Of a DNA stretch of 64,000 bases, positions 33,639 to 43,148 are shown one piece after another. Every line of letters begins with the position of its first letter. Positions within the stretch are counted from its first letter, which is position 1. Below the pieces are notes generated by a model that searched no databases, was not told where the DNA came from, and saw only the letters and a program-made list of their open reading frames with translations. The stretch comes from Candidatus Poseidoniaceae archaeon (GTDB taxonomy: Archaea > Thermoplasmatota > Poseidoniia > Poseidoniales > Poseidoniaceae). The DNA is taken from contig JAYPDK010000001.1 in NCBI GenBank assembly GCA_038125145.1, forward strand, positions 4,368-68,367. The letters are read 5' to 3'. The position numbers and the translations under genes were made by a program.

Positions 33639-35063
33639 TCACCCGACCAGCGCGCTGCGGATGCGCATGTACGGCCCACCGTCCCCGACAGGTACGGTTT
33701 GGCCTTTGCCGCAAAAGCCTGGTGAAGCAAGGCCGCCGTCCTTCGCAAGTCCATCCACGTTGTTCAGGATCTCCAACGTTAGGCCGGACACGCTGACGTC
33801 CCGCAGCGGGCGAACCAATTCACCGCCTTGAATCAGCCATGCCTCTTGGGCCGCGAATTGGAACGAGCCACGTCCCGTGTCAACCTGCCCACCCCGTGTA
33901 CCGCAGGCGAGCACGCCATGTTCAACGTCCTCGAGAAGGGCATCGAGGTCCCTGTGCGTGCCGCCTTGGATGATCGTGTTGGACATTCGAACGAGCGGGT
34001 GGTGCAAACCGTCCTGCGCTCGAGCACCCGCATTCGGCTCGAGGCCAAACTTGGCCGCCGTTTCACGGTGGTTGAGGTATTCCGTCAGCACGCCCTCACG
34101 AACGAGCATTTTCTCCCGTGCGTCAACGCCTTCGTCGTCGACGGGATAGGCCCCGTATCCCCCTCGAATGGTGGGGTCGTCGATCACAGTGACGATGTCA
34201 GACCCAATGTTCTGGCCGAGGCGCCCATCAAGGCAGGAGTCACCTGCTGCAACAAGGTCGGCTTCGCACGGGTGACCCAACGCTTCGTGCACGTACACCC
34301 CGGTCAAGTCCGGGTCGGCCACAAGGGTGAATCGACCCGAGGGCGCAGCCTCGGCTCCCAACTGGCGAAGGGCTGCGGCCTGCCCCTCGCGTCCGAGCGC
34401 TCCGAGGTCGGCTTGGAGGATGTGGTCGGCCCCCCCTTCCCCGCCGTGCCTTGTTCTATAGGAGGCCACGCGGTCGCCCTCGCGAGCCGTCACGGTGCAA
34501 TGCAAGAGGGCCCGTTGCAGGGTCCATAGCCGATCCATTCCTTCGCTTGTGAGCACCTCGGTTTGCAGGTGCTCATCGACCCATCCCGTTGCAACGGAAG
34601 CAATGTGCTCATGCCCACTCGCCTCCTGCTCGACCGCTGACATTGCGTCAAGGCGTTCTTCGAGATCGAGGTTGCGCACGTCCCCACGCGGGGTCCAATG
34701 GACTTCGTCCTGAACGACGGGCACTTCAGCCAGGCTGACACCGTCCGTGGACGAAGACCTGCGACCTGCAACAGCACGGGCGAGTTTCAGCGTCGCCTCT
34801 CCTTGAGCGTACACGCTCTCAATGTCCGTGGTGGAGTGGGTCCCCCACGCGCCGTCGGCAAGGACACGGAGGGTGACACCAACGTCCTGAGCGGGGACGG
34901 CGGATTCCATGGCACCGTCCCTGACGCTGATCGAAGTGGAATCGCACGACATCGCTCGCACTTCAACGTACGTGGCTCCCATTCCAGTCAACCGGTCAAA
35001 CATCGACGTAGCGCGCGCTCCGTCGAGCCACCGGTGCGTTCCAGAGCGACGGTCGAGCACCAT
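33639..35063 (-). CDS. tldD: TldD family metalloprotease
   Basis: HEALGHPCEADL (HExxxH) and conserved TldD C-terminal GxC motif. Co-directional and adjacent to pmbA. Confidence 0.75.
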   Translation of the reverse strand: MVLDRRSGTHRWLDGARATSMFDRLTGMGATYVEVRAMSCDSTSISVRDGAMESAVPAQDVGVTLRVLADGAWGTHSTTDIESVYAQGEATLKLARAVAGRRSSSTDGVSLAEVPVVQDEVHWTPRGDVRNLDLEERLDAMSAVEQEASGHEHIASVATGWVDEHLQTEVLTSEGMDRLWTLQRALLHCTVTAREGDRVASYRTRHGGEGGADHILQADLGALGREGQAAALRQLGAEAAPSGRFTLVADPDLTGVYVHEALGHPCEADLVAAGDSCLDGRLGQNIGSDIVTVIDDPTIRGGYGAYPVDDEGVDAREKMLVREGVLTEYLNHRETAAKFGLEPNAGARAQDGLHHPLVRMSNTIIQGGTHRDLDALLEDVEHGVLACGTRGGQVDTGRGSFQFAAQEAWLIQGGELVRPLRDVSVSGLTLEILNNVDGLAKDGGLASPGFCGKGQTVPVGDGGPYMRIRSALVG

Positions 35064-35100
35064 GTTGGGAAGGCCCAGCAGCGGTGTTTGAACCCTCGCC

Positions 35101-35574
35101 TCAGGCAAGCAAATCCGATTCTGCAATCCGACCGAGGGCCAGCACCTCGGCGTCGCCCTCGGACGGCAGGCCGAGGCGGGCGCGACCTGCAAGCGTCATT
35201 GCATGCGGTGTTGACGGGTGCAGCCCATGGACCATCATCCGTTGGTCGACCTCCGTCGACGCCACTGAAATGGCCACGAGCCATCCGCGTTCCGCGCCCG
35301 TCGTCAGTCCAACCGCGCGGATGGCTTCCCCAACGTGATGGGACCCCGCCAAGCAGCGCATGAATTCCGCGGCGAGGCTACGGGCCACCGCCGTACCCCG
35401 TTCCCAGCGCCGTTGTGCCGCGATGGAGGCGGCGCGAACCTGCCGTTCGGAGGCGACGACGTCGGACGCCAAGAGCACGATGGCCCCCCCCATGAGACCG
35501 TCCTCGACCGAGAGCGCAAGGGCACGGGGGTCGTTGACCGCGTCGGCGACCCAAGGGACGAGGCACATGCCCAT
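35101..35574 (-). CDS. cgi121: KEOPS complex subunit Cgi121
   Basis: VLLASDVVASERQVRAASIAAQ...SLAAEFMRCLAGSHHVGEAIRAVG aligns by eye with the archaeal Cgi121 core (LNADVVATKKHVLHAINQA...EILVRASGQRQIHEAIKIIG). Confidence 0.5.
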   Translation of the reverse strand: MGMCLVPWVADAVNDPRALALSVEDGLMGGAIVLLASDVVASERQVRAASIAAQRRWERGTAVARSLAAEFMRCLAGSHHVGEAIRAVGLTTGAERGWLVAISVASTEVDQRMMVHGLHPSTPHAMTLAGRARLGLPSEGDAEVLALGRIAESDLLA

Positions 35575-35586
35575 GCCTCCTGTCCC

Positions 35587-38163
35587 TCATGGTCCATCTT
35601 CAACGCTCGTCTCCCGCTCCCCCGGCAAGGGCAGGTCGTCGGAGCGGGGTTGGGGGGCGACCGGGGCACGAGGAGCAGCGAAGCGGACCGCATCATCGAG
35701 CATGCGCTGGACGAGAACGGGCCCCCAGCCACGCCAGCCTTCCACCTGACGCCGTATTGCAACGGGCATCGCAAGGAGGTCCTCGGGGGTTCGGATACCC
35801 ACTTCCGCGAGCCTTCGTGCACGCTGCCGGCCAACATGACGCACCTTGACCAGACGAAGCAGGTCGGATTTGCATCCGTGGCGGACACGATGGCGGGCCT
35901 CGTCCAACAACGAAGACAAGTGATCCAGGGCAGGGAGATGGTCGTCGAGAAAGACGTCGTCCGTGGTCAAGATCGCTGCGGCACCTGCAAGCAACCACGC
36001 CATGAGGTCGGTTCGGTGGTGAAGGTCGCCTGGTGCGACGTCCAGCGACGCCTCAATCTCTTTGAGCGACTTCTCTTCAATCCATGATTCGACCAGCCAC
36101 GCCGACTTGACCGTGCTCAAATCCCGTTCCTCGTATTCCCGGTCTGCGAGCACCTCATCCACAACGGTTGCGTATTTCTTCCAAAGGTCCGAATCCCGCT
36201 CCGTGTCCTTGGCCTTGAGGAAGAGTTGGGCGAAGTCGTTCGTTGTCGCTGCAAGGTGCAGCAAGCCGAAGCACGTGACGGGGGCGTCGCCCCGAACGAG
36301 GCGCCGAACACCGCGGCGTAAGCCGGTCCGAAGGACCGACGCAGACGCAGGATCGAGGTACAACCGCGTGACAACCCGGCCCATCTCCGTCGCCTCGTAC
36401 ACCGTTGCAGGGTCGCGAACGTTCACTGCAGTGACCGAAGCAGACCGGATGGAAGAGGCCGGGGTAAACCCGAAGACAGACGGTTCATCATCAGAACGAC
36501 GAGGAGCCGATGGTGCAGGCGAGGGCTCATCCAGGATGAGGTCGTCACGGCCGGTGGCTGGGCTGAGCCATGCCGGAACGTCGTCCTCCCATTCTGATTC
36601 GTTGGCAGGAAGGGCGGGGATGAAATCCGGATCGGCGTCCAAGCGGCGAAGAAAGCGTTCGCTGACGAGCCAATCAAGGATGGCATCGATGCGTTCCATC
36701 AATTGAGGCAGCGGCCACTGCCGCGCAAGGAAGGTCCGTGCGAAGAACTCCTCGAGCGCACCACGGTGACGAAGCCCCCCCGCAGCCACCGCGGACAGCA
36801 AATGCATCCTGAGCGCCGCTTCGTTCGCCAGTTTGGACGTCACGTCCTCGACGGGCCCGTGGAAGTATCGGTCGGCCACGTCGTCGGCCACTTCCCAACC
36901 GTCCGTCCCTTTGCACAGCACCCATGCTTCACCAAAATCGTCGTACCGAGGACGTCCAGCCCGGCCAAGCATCTGCCTGACCTCCATGACCGGAAGGGGC
37001 CGGCTCCCTCCGTCCTCAAATCGCTTGACGTCTCGAACCAGCACGCGACGCGCCGGCAGGTTGACGCCCGCGGCGAGCGTTGGTGTCGCAGCGATGGCCA
37101 GCAAATCTCCGTCCTTGAACGCCCCTTCCACGGCAGCCCTCTGGGCATGGGTCAACCCGGCATGGTGGAAGGCCACGCCGTCACGAAGGCAAGCACGAAG
37201 TTGGTCCCCAAGGGTGGATTGTTCCCCTGTGGAAAGCCTTCCAGCGGCCTGTTCCAAGCGAGCCAAGCGTGCTGGGTCGTGCTTCTCGAGGTGCTTTCGA
37301 ACCCGAGGTGCGAGCTTCTTCGCTTCTGCGACCGCAGACCTTCGCGTGGACACGAAGATGAGGGCTTGACCACCTTGCGTCAGCGAGTCAAGCAGCACGG
37401 CCCAGGTGGGCTGCGATACTGGACCGTCCAGCGTCCGAGGCGGACGAAGATCGACGCTCCCTTCGGCCCCCGACTGAACCTTTCTCGGCTCGAGATGGAG
37501 GTCGTACAGGGTCGCGTACTCCAAGGCCACCGGCCGCCAGGATGAGACCACGAGGTCCGCTTCAAGCCACGTCGCGAGGTCCTCGGCGTTCCCGACCGTT
37601 GCTGACAAAGCGACGATCTGTGCCGAAGGCCGCAGATGCCTGAGTCGTGTGAGGTTGATTTCCAAGGTCGGCCCCCTGCTGCCGTCGTTCAGGAGATGAA
37701 ATTCGTCGGCAACGATGACGCTCACATTGGCCATCGTATCGGACTTGGTCCTCATGATGGAATCCAGCTTTTCTGAGGTGCAAACGAGGATATCGCACTC
37801 GTCAATCCGCTGCGCTTCACCTGCAGCATCGCCAACACCCAAGCCAACCCGAAGTCCGACAGCGTTGGCAAGGGCCGTCAATTCCTCGTGCTTCTCGCTG
37901 GCGAGCGCCTTGAGCGGGACGATGTACACCGCGCGGCTCCCCGGGGCCACCACCAGCAGTTGGTGAAGCATGGCGATGTACGCCACAAGCGACTTCCCGC
38001 TTGCGGTTGGAATGGCGAGGAGGACGTTCCGGCCCTGAAGAAGCGGAGGCATCGCCTGCGCTTGAGGTGGATGCAACCGAACGATACCCCATTCGTCCCG
38101 CAGAAAGTCAATCGCCGAGGACGGGAGGGGCAAGCCGTCGATTCGTGCGGCATCGACAGCCAT
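35587..38163 (-). CDS. hel308: Hel308/Hjm Ski2-like DNA helicase, with an acidic low-complexity insertion
   Basis: Walker A AIPTASGKSL, DEFH box, SAT, QMLGRAGRP motif VI, and C-terminal winged-helix plus helix-hairpin-helix domains. Contains an extra acidic segment of about 100 aa (ALPANESEWEDDVPAWLSPATGRDDLILDEPSPAPSAPRRSDDEPS). Confidence 0.85.
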   Translation of the reverse strand: MAVDAARIDGLPLPSSAIDFLRDEWGIVRLHPPQAQAMPPLLQGRNVLLAIPTASGKSLVAYIAMLHQLLVVAPGSRAVYIVPLKALASEKHEELTALANAVGLRVGLGVGDAAGEAQRIDECDILVCTSEKLDSIMRTKSDTMANVSVIVADEFHLLNDGSRGPTLEINLTRLRHLRPSAQIVALSATVGNAEDLATWLEADLVVSSWRPVALEYATLYDLHLEPRKVQSGAEGSVDLRPPRTLDGPVSQPTWAVLLDSLTQGGQALIFVSTRRSAVAEAKKLAPRVRKHLEKHDPARLARLEQAAGRLSTGEQSTLGDQLRACLRDGVAFHHAGLTHAQRAAVEGAFKDGDLLAIAATPTLAAGVNLPARRVLVRDVKRFEDGGSRPLPVMEVRQMLGRAGRPRYDDFGEAWVLCKGTDGWEVADDVADRYFHGPVEDVTSKLANEAALRMHLLSAVAAGGLRHRGALEEFFARTFLARQWPLPQLMERIDAILDWLVSERFLRRLDADPDFIPALPANESEWEDDVPAWLSPATGRDDLILDEPSPAPSAPRRSDDEPSVFGFTPASSIRSASVTAVNVRDPATVYEATEMGRVVTRLYLDPASASVLRTGLRRGVRRLVRGDAPVTCFGLLHLAATTNDFAQLFLKAKDTERDSDLWKKYATVVDEVLADREYEERDLSTVKSAWLVESWIEEKSLKEIEASLDVAPGDLHHRTDLMAWLLAGAAAILTTDDVFLDDHLPALDHLSSLLDEARHRVRHGCKSDLLRLVKVRHVGRQRARRLAEVGIRTPEDLLAMPVAIRRQVEGWRGWGPVLVQRMLDDAVRFAAPRAPVAPQPRSDDLPLPGERETSVEDGP

Positions 38164-38246
38164 GTCCGGAATGCATGGTCGAGGGGACAAAAGGACTGTG
38201 CCTCGCACGGCGACATCCTCAAACCTCAGCCCCACCGGTGCAGTTC

Positions 38247-38744
38247 ATGGCCGCAGCCGACATGGATGCCGTTGACGAGCGCCTCGCCATCTTCGACGAC
38301 GAGCCAGACATCAACGACTGGGTTGAAGTGATGTCTGGTGCAGCCATGGTGCTGCTTGGCCTCTTCCACATGTTCAGCCCGGGTGACCTGGTCAATCCGG
38401 AGACCATGCAGTGGTTTGCCGCGACCGTCGCAGCAGCGGGATTCGTGTGGATCGGTCACGGGTTGAAGGACATGGCCGTGAAGGAAATTCGTCGCTCTGT
38501 GGCGATGCTCGACGAAACGACGAGCGCTGCACCGGACCACGGCCTCATCCGTGACGTGCTCCTCAATCCGGAAGCGTACCGCGACTTCCTGCTCGACGCC
38601 TACCAGCAGGCTTGGGAAGACGGCGTCATCACGGAAGAGGAGATGAAGGAACTCCGGTCCTTCCAATCGGCGCTCGGCCTCTCCGACGAAGAGATGGACG
38701 AAATCTCGGAGCAAGCCAAGAGCACGGCTCAAGACTCGGATTGA
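38247..38744 (+). CDS. Hypothetical small membrane protein with acidic C-terminal helix
   Basis: Two hydrophobic helices (AAMVLLGLFHMF, FAATVAAAGFVWIG), then a Glu-rich tail. The start is at the internal Met of ORF 38001-38744. Confidence 0.4.
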   Translation: MAAADMDAVDERLAIFDDEPDINDWVEVMSGAAMVLLGLFHMFSPGDLVNPETMQWFAATVAAAGFVWIGHGLKDMAVKEIRRSVAMLDETTSAAPDHGLIRDVLLNPEAYRDFLLDAYQQAWEDGVITEEEMKELRSFQSALGLSDEEMDEISEQAKSTAQDSD

Positions 38745-40717
38745 GTCCCAAACATCCGAACGGCCAACGCCCGTGCCTGACGACGGCGGCTGAACTCCGC
38801 CATCCAGCCACCAGCCACCAAGACCACCCCTGCCAACAAGGTCCATCCCGGCGCCGAAAGCAAGCCATCGGAGGGACGAACGCCATCGTGGCTCGGAAGG
38901 TCCGCAGCCCTCAACCCGTCCGAAGGAACGGAGCGAACGTCGAGCAGGTCCAGGTCACAATCGCAGAGGGAGACCGCGATGCGTTGAGGCAGCAACGCGT
39001 TTTGCAGGCCCGACCACGTGGTCGCTTCGATGTCGCTTGGGCGTGTCCCCCACGCCGGAGCCGTCACCGAACCTGTGGGCGAGGTGTCGGTCATGGCGAA
39101 ATTGAGGTGAGCCACATTGTTGGGCGGCACCTCGTCAACCACCAGCAACGCTTCCAACATGAGGAGGTCAAGCAGGAGCGAGCGACCTGCGAGGAGCACG
39201 AAGCGCTGCACGTGCTCCGGACTCGCCCCACCGACGCGGGCCACATGGCCGAAGATCGCTTCGTCCAGCCGGATGGCATCGATGCCTTCGACCTGAAGTT
39301 GGTACCGCCCGTCCTCCAACGGCACAGCGTCGGTGACCTCCAACCGCAACCGCAGCACTTCGCCATCCAATCGTCCGAAGGTCGCCCCTGCGTGCATCAC
39401 CATGGTGCTTTCCGGAATTCCTGGAGCGGCCACGTCCCAGAGTTGAGCGAGCCGTTCATCGATCAAGTCGTCCAAGGCGAGTTCCCCGGGTTGCTGCACG
39501 GCACTCGAGGCCGCCACCAAGGGGTGCACGACCCCGGCGGTGAGCACCACCAAAAGTCCGGGTACGGTGAGCCCGAAACGAAGCACCACCGAGGTTGTTC
39601 GACGCGTGAAGTCGAGGAGGCCAACGAGCATGAGCGCAACACCTCCGAGGGCTGCAAGGCCCGAGGATGGGTCTGGAAGGCGTTCGGACGGACCGGCGGC
39701 GGGCGCTTGACCACCTCCAGCAGGATAGGCCCCCTCACCGGTGAAGCCGCCCGGGTCGACCGGCCCAATTCCCTCGTACGACAGCACACCCGCCCAGACG
39801 TAGGCTTGGAACCGGTCCTCCTGCCCTTCGAGGCAGAGCGTCGTTGTGCCTTCCCTCAGGGCCCTCCACACGTACCGCACAGACGCCCTGTCTTCGTCCT
39901 GCACAATTTGCATCTCGGGCGTCGGTGCCTCTCGGCCGTCGGCCAAGGTCAGGTGCGGTCGCGCTGATTGCTGCTGAAGTTCAATGGGAACGAGGTCCCA
40001 TTCCATCAACACCCGAAGCACCTCATGGGCTTCCACCTCGAAGGTGAAACAGTCCACATCGGCCCCGACCAACGCCCCATCGTGGGCCATCTCAAATTCG
40101 GTGTCGACGGGGTCAAGCCGTGAACTTGGTTCATCAACATCGGCCGCTTCGGGGTCAGCGGACCAAGCAATGTCCAGTTCAAGGCTGGACGCCCCGCGAA
40201 GGTGGAGGCTCCATGCAGCGGGCCGATCGAGCGTGAATCCGAGGAGAAGCCGAACGTCATCACCGGGCCACAACACCCGCCGTCCGTCGAGGTTCAGCGC
40301 GACGTCATCGGCGACGTAGGCCACCCCAGTCCCTTCTGTGGAAGGTTCGATTGTCCACTGCGTCACGCCTTCACCGTGCACCAGACGAAGGTCCAAGACC
40401 GGCCACGTCAACTTCGTTGGGTCATCGTCCAGCCGAAAGTCAACTTCGACGTGCTCCAGCACCGAGGGAAGCAGCACAAGGAGGTCTTGGGCGGGGTCGA
40501 GGTCGAACTCCAGCACGACCTCAACCGGGGAGACCGGCGTGCCCTGCACCTGTCCCCCGACGGACTCCTCGCCGATGGGGTACGATGTCAAGCGGCAATC
40601 GCCATCGGCCACGCACGACAGGTGCTGCACACCCACGTCTTCGGTCAACGCTGCCTGCCCGGGAGGGACCAAGGCAAGGAGAGGGAGCAGCAGCAGCACT
40701 GCGACCTTGACGTTCAT
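38729..40717 (-). CDS. Hypothetical secreted/membrane-anchored protein (signal peptide, internal TM helices)
   Basis: N-terminus MNVKVAVLLLLPLLALVPPGQA is a signal peptide. TM helices lie mid-protein and at the C-terminus. No catalytic motif was recognized. Confidence 0.45.
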   Translation of the reverse strand: MNVKVAVLLLLPLLALVPPGQAALTEDVGVQHLSCVADGDCRLTSYPIGEESVGGQVQGTPVSPVEVVLEFDLDPAQDLLVLLPSVLEHVEVDFRLDDDPTKLTWPVLDLRLVHGEGVTQWTIEPSTEGTGVAYVADDVALNLDGRRVLWPGDDVRLLLGFTLDRPAAWSLHLRGASSLELDIAWSADPEAADVDEPSSRLDPVDTEFEMAHDGALVGADVDCFTFEVEAHEVLRVLMEWDLVPIELQQQSARPHLTLADGREAPTPEMQIVQDEDRASVRYVWRALREGTTTLCLEGQEDRFQAYVWAGVLSYEGIGPVDPGGFTGEGAYPAGGGQAPAAGPSERLPDPSSGLAALGGVALMLVGLLDFTRRTTSVVLRFGLTVPGLLVVLTAGVVHPLVAASSAVQQPGELALDDLIDERLAQLWDVAAPGIPESTMVMHAGATFGRLDGEVLRLRLEVTDAVPLEDGRYQLQVEGIDAIRLDEAIFGHVARVGGASPEHVQRFVLLAGRSLLLDLLMLEALLVVDEVPPNNVAHLNFAMTDTSPTGSVTAPAWGTRPSDIEATTWSGLQNALLPQRIAVSLCDCDLDLLDVRSVPSDGLRAADLPSHDGVRPSDGLLSAPGWTLLAGVVLVAGGWMAEFSRRRQARALAVRMFGTQSES

Positions 40718-41193
40718 CGCTCCTCAACCTCCGCTGGACGGTCCACAAGAACGCTCCCGCACCGCCTGCACGCGTAGCGACCGTTGCCTCGCCGAAGCCT
40801 GCCATGCCGGCGATCGCAGGCCTGGCAGGTCCACCACCAGCGAACACGCTGTTCGTGAAGGCATGCCGCAAAAGCGGAGGCGTCAGTGCTGCCCGGATGC
40901 GGCCACGCAGCCTCCCAGCGTCGAAACGTTGCATCATGAGGCCGGTGGCCGGCGGCATGGATGTACTCATGGTGCAGCACATGCGCTGCATAGGCGTGCC
41001 ATCGGGCCTCAAGCAAACGGGCGTGAAGGTCGATGACGGACACCGATGCCGTTGACACGTTGTCCCGGGTGGTTCCGGACTTCCAGCGCGTCACACCGTG
41101 CCTCCGCAGCGTGCCGGACCGCAACACGCCGAGCGGGACACGTTCGAGCGCCCGAAGGTCGAACGCTTTCCACTCAGGCATCGTCGACATCAC
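40714..41193 (-). CDS. SprT-like zinc metalloprotease domain protein with C-terminal zinc ribbon
   Basis: HEYIHAAGHRPHD (HExxH) followed by CQACDRR...CRRCGSVL (CxxC...CxxC). Confidence 0.55.
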   Translation of the reverse strand: MMSTMPEWKAFDLRALERVPLGVLRSGTLRRHGVTRWKSGTTRDNVSTASVSVIDLHARLLEARWHAYAAHVLHHEYIHAAGHRPHDATFRRWEAAWPHPGSTDASAFAACLHEQRVRWWWTCQACDRRHGRLRRGNGRYACRRCGSVLVDRPAEVEER

Positions 41194-41268
41194 GCCGATG
41201 ACGTGCGCCTTCAGCCCGTTGAGGACGGAGCGTTGCGCTTCGCTTGGTTGCAGGTGTACGCCTCCCCG

Positions 41269-41739
41269 TCACGACCAGCGGTGGAAGGCAGGGTGCCCTT
41301 CCTTGACCGCCACGAACAATCCTTCCCCGGTGGCGCACACCTCACCTTCTGCTTCAAGGGACATCGAGACCCAGGCTTTCCGACCTTCGAGCCGTGTCGC
41401 ATGGGCGCGAACGACGAGTTCGGTGCCTGCCGGGGTTGGCCGAGTCAAGCGAACGTCGTAGGACGCCGTGACGGTGCACGGCGGCTGGTCCGCCCCGTCG
41501 CGGTCCATCATCGCGATGGCCGCAGCCCAGTTCCCGTGGCAATCGAGCAAGGTTCCGATGATGCCTCCGTTGATCATGCCGGGAAAGGCTTGGTGGTGCG
41601 CTTCTGGTTGAAACCGGGCCACAAGCCCTTCCTCTACGCGATGGGAGTCGATGCGTAAACCGTGCTCGTTTGCTGGCCCACATCCAAAGCAAATGGAGGT
41701 CGGCGCGTGGAGCCGCTGGACACCGGGTGCCTCAACCAT
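41269..41739 (-). CDS. PaaI/hotdog-fold acyl-CoA thioesterase
   Basis: ICFGCGPANEHGLRI plus hotdog core; 156 aa. Confidence 0.7.
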   Translation of the reverse strand: MVEAPGVQRLHAPTSICFGCGPANEHGLRIDSHRVEEGLVARFQPEAHHQAFPGMINGGIIGTLLDCHGNWAAAIAMMDRDGADQPPCTVTASYDVRLTRPTPAGTELVVRAHATRLEGRKAWVSMSLEAEGEVCATGEGLFVAVKEGHPAFHRWS

Positions 41740-41897
41740 GCCTCAGCATGGCGGCACGGCCTTTCAGATGTGCGCACACGACAGTTGATGAGGCGCGCAC
41801 AACATGGGTTGACGTGGGCGACCAGAAGCCACCCCGGCGGGTCGTTCGGACCGCCCATGAATTGCCAAAGCGGCGGCGCCGCGCCATCGAGGAAGCC

Positions 41898-43148
41898 ATG
41901 GCGGCACACGAGCCGGAGGACCATCCTGAGTGGGACAGATCCGCGGAGTGGGACGACATCCGCTTCATGCGAAAACGCATCCAAATGGGCACCATGCGCA
42001 CGGTCCACATGCCGCTGCTTCCCGTCAGCATGGGGGACACCTGGCCGATTCCTGTGACCGTACTCCACGGTGCTCGACCCGGACCGACGATCAACATCCT
42101 TGGAGCCATCCATGGCGATGAACTCACAGGACCCAGCGCCTGCACCCACCTGCTCTCGACCCGCTTCACCGAGCCGGGGGCGCCGCTCGACCCGACGAAG
42201 CTCGCAGGAACCGTTCGTATCGTCCCGGTGGTCAACCTCCCTGGTTTTCGTGAGAAATCCCGCTACCTGCCGGACGGGCGTGACCTGAACCGCGCCTTTC
42301 CGGGATCGCCGTTGTCCAACACCACGCGCCGCGTGGCCCATCAACTGTGGACAAACCTGCTTGAGGACACGGACGCCATCATTGATTTCCACACAGCGGC
42401 CAAGGGACGTTCGAACATGCCTCAACTCCGTGTGGACCTCGCCCATCCAGCCTCCTACCTGCTTGCGAAGGCCTTCGGTGCAGAAATTGTTCTTGATTCC
42501 AAACCGCCCTCAGGCAGCCTTCGAAGGATCGCCAACGACGAAGGCATTCCGTGCATCACCTTCGAAGGTGGCGCAGCCGACACGCTCGACAACCGCTCCG
42601 TCATGGTCGCGGTGAACGGAGCCTTGAACGCGCTTCGCTCGCTCAAAATGGTGCCAGGTCGGCCAACCCGACCCGCGTTCAGGCTCCTCGCGTCAGGGTC
42701 GCGGTGGCTTCGAGCCAGCGAAGGAGGCTTGCTGGATGTGTTCGTGCGGGAAGGTGCGGTGATGAAGGAAGGCGACGTTGTAGCGACGATTGCAGATCCT
42801 GCCGCGCCCGGCCTCTCCGTCGACATTGTCGCGCCCGAAGACGGGCTCATGATTTCCATCGCCACCAACCCCTTCGTGACGGCGGGCATGCCCGTTGGAC
42901 ATTTCCTTCCTCTCGAAAAGCACGTCGACCTTGTGCTTCGGCACGTCGATGAAGACGGAAGCCTGCGTCTGAACGCCGCCCAAGGCGACCCCATGTGGCG
43001 TGAGGAACAGGACGTGGAGGAGGTGACCGTCGAACACTCGTCGTCGGAAGACGCTGAATGGGTGGACGCGATCTTCGACCTGGAACAAGAAGAGAAGGAC
43101 GAAGCGGACGGTTCGGAACGAGCGAAGCGCGAGGATCAGGCTGCGTAA
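41898..43148 (+). CDS. Succinylglutamate desuccinylase/aspartoacylase (AstE/AspA, M14-like) family protein
   Basis: TINILGAIHGDELTG zinc-binding motif, the downstream HTA motif (DFHTAAKG), and a C-terminal acidic tail. The start is uncertain (41748, 41898 or 41970). Confidence 0.65.
   Translation: MAAHEPEDHPEWDRSAEWDDIRFMRKRIQMGTMRTVHMPLLPVSMGDTWPIPVTVLHGARPGPTINILGAIHGDELTGPSACTHLLSTRFTEPGAPLDPTKLAGTVRIVPVVNLPGFREKSRYLPDGRDLNRAFPGSPLSNTTRRVAHQLWTNLLEDTDAIIDFHTAAKGRSNMPQLRVDLAHPASYLLAKAFGAEIVLDSKPPSGSLRRIANDEGIPCITFEGGAADTLDNRSVMVAVNGALNALRSLKMVPGRPTRPAFRLLASGSRWLRASEGGLLDVFVREGAVMKEGDVVATIADPAAPGLSVDIVAPEDGLMISIATNPFVTAGMPVGHFLPLEKHVDLVLRHVDEDGSLRLNAAQGDPMWREEQDVEEVTVEHSSSEDAEWVDAIFDLEQEEKDEADGSERAKREDQAA

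Noticed and set aside
35335-36087. 250-aa plus-strand ORF
   Set aside because: Antisense to hel308.
38612-39967. 451-aa plus-strand ORF
   Set aside because: Antisense to the signal-peptide protein 38729-40717; Arg/His/Gly-rich.
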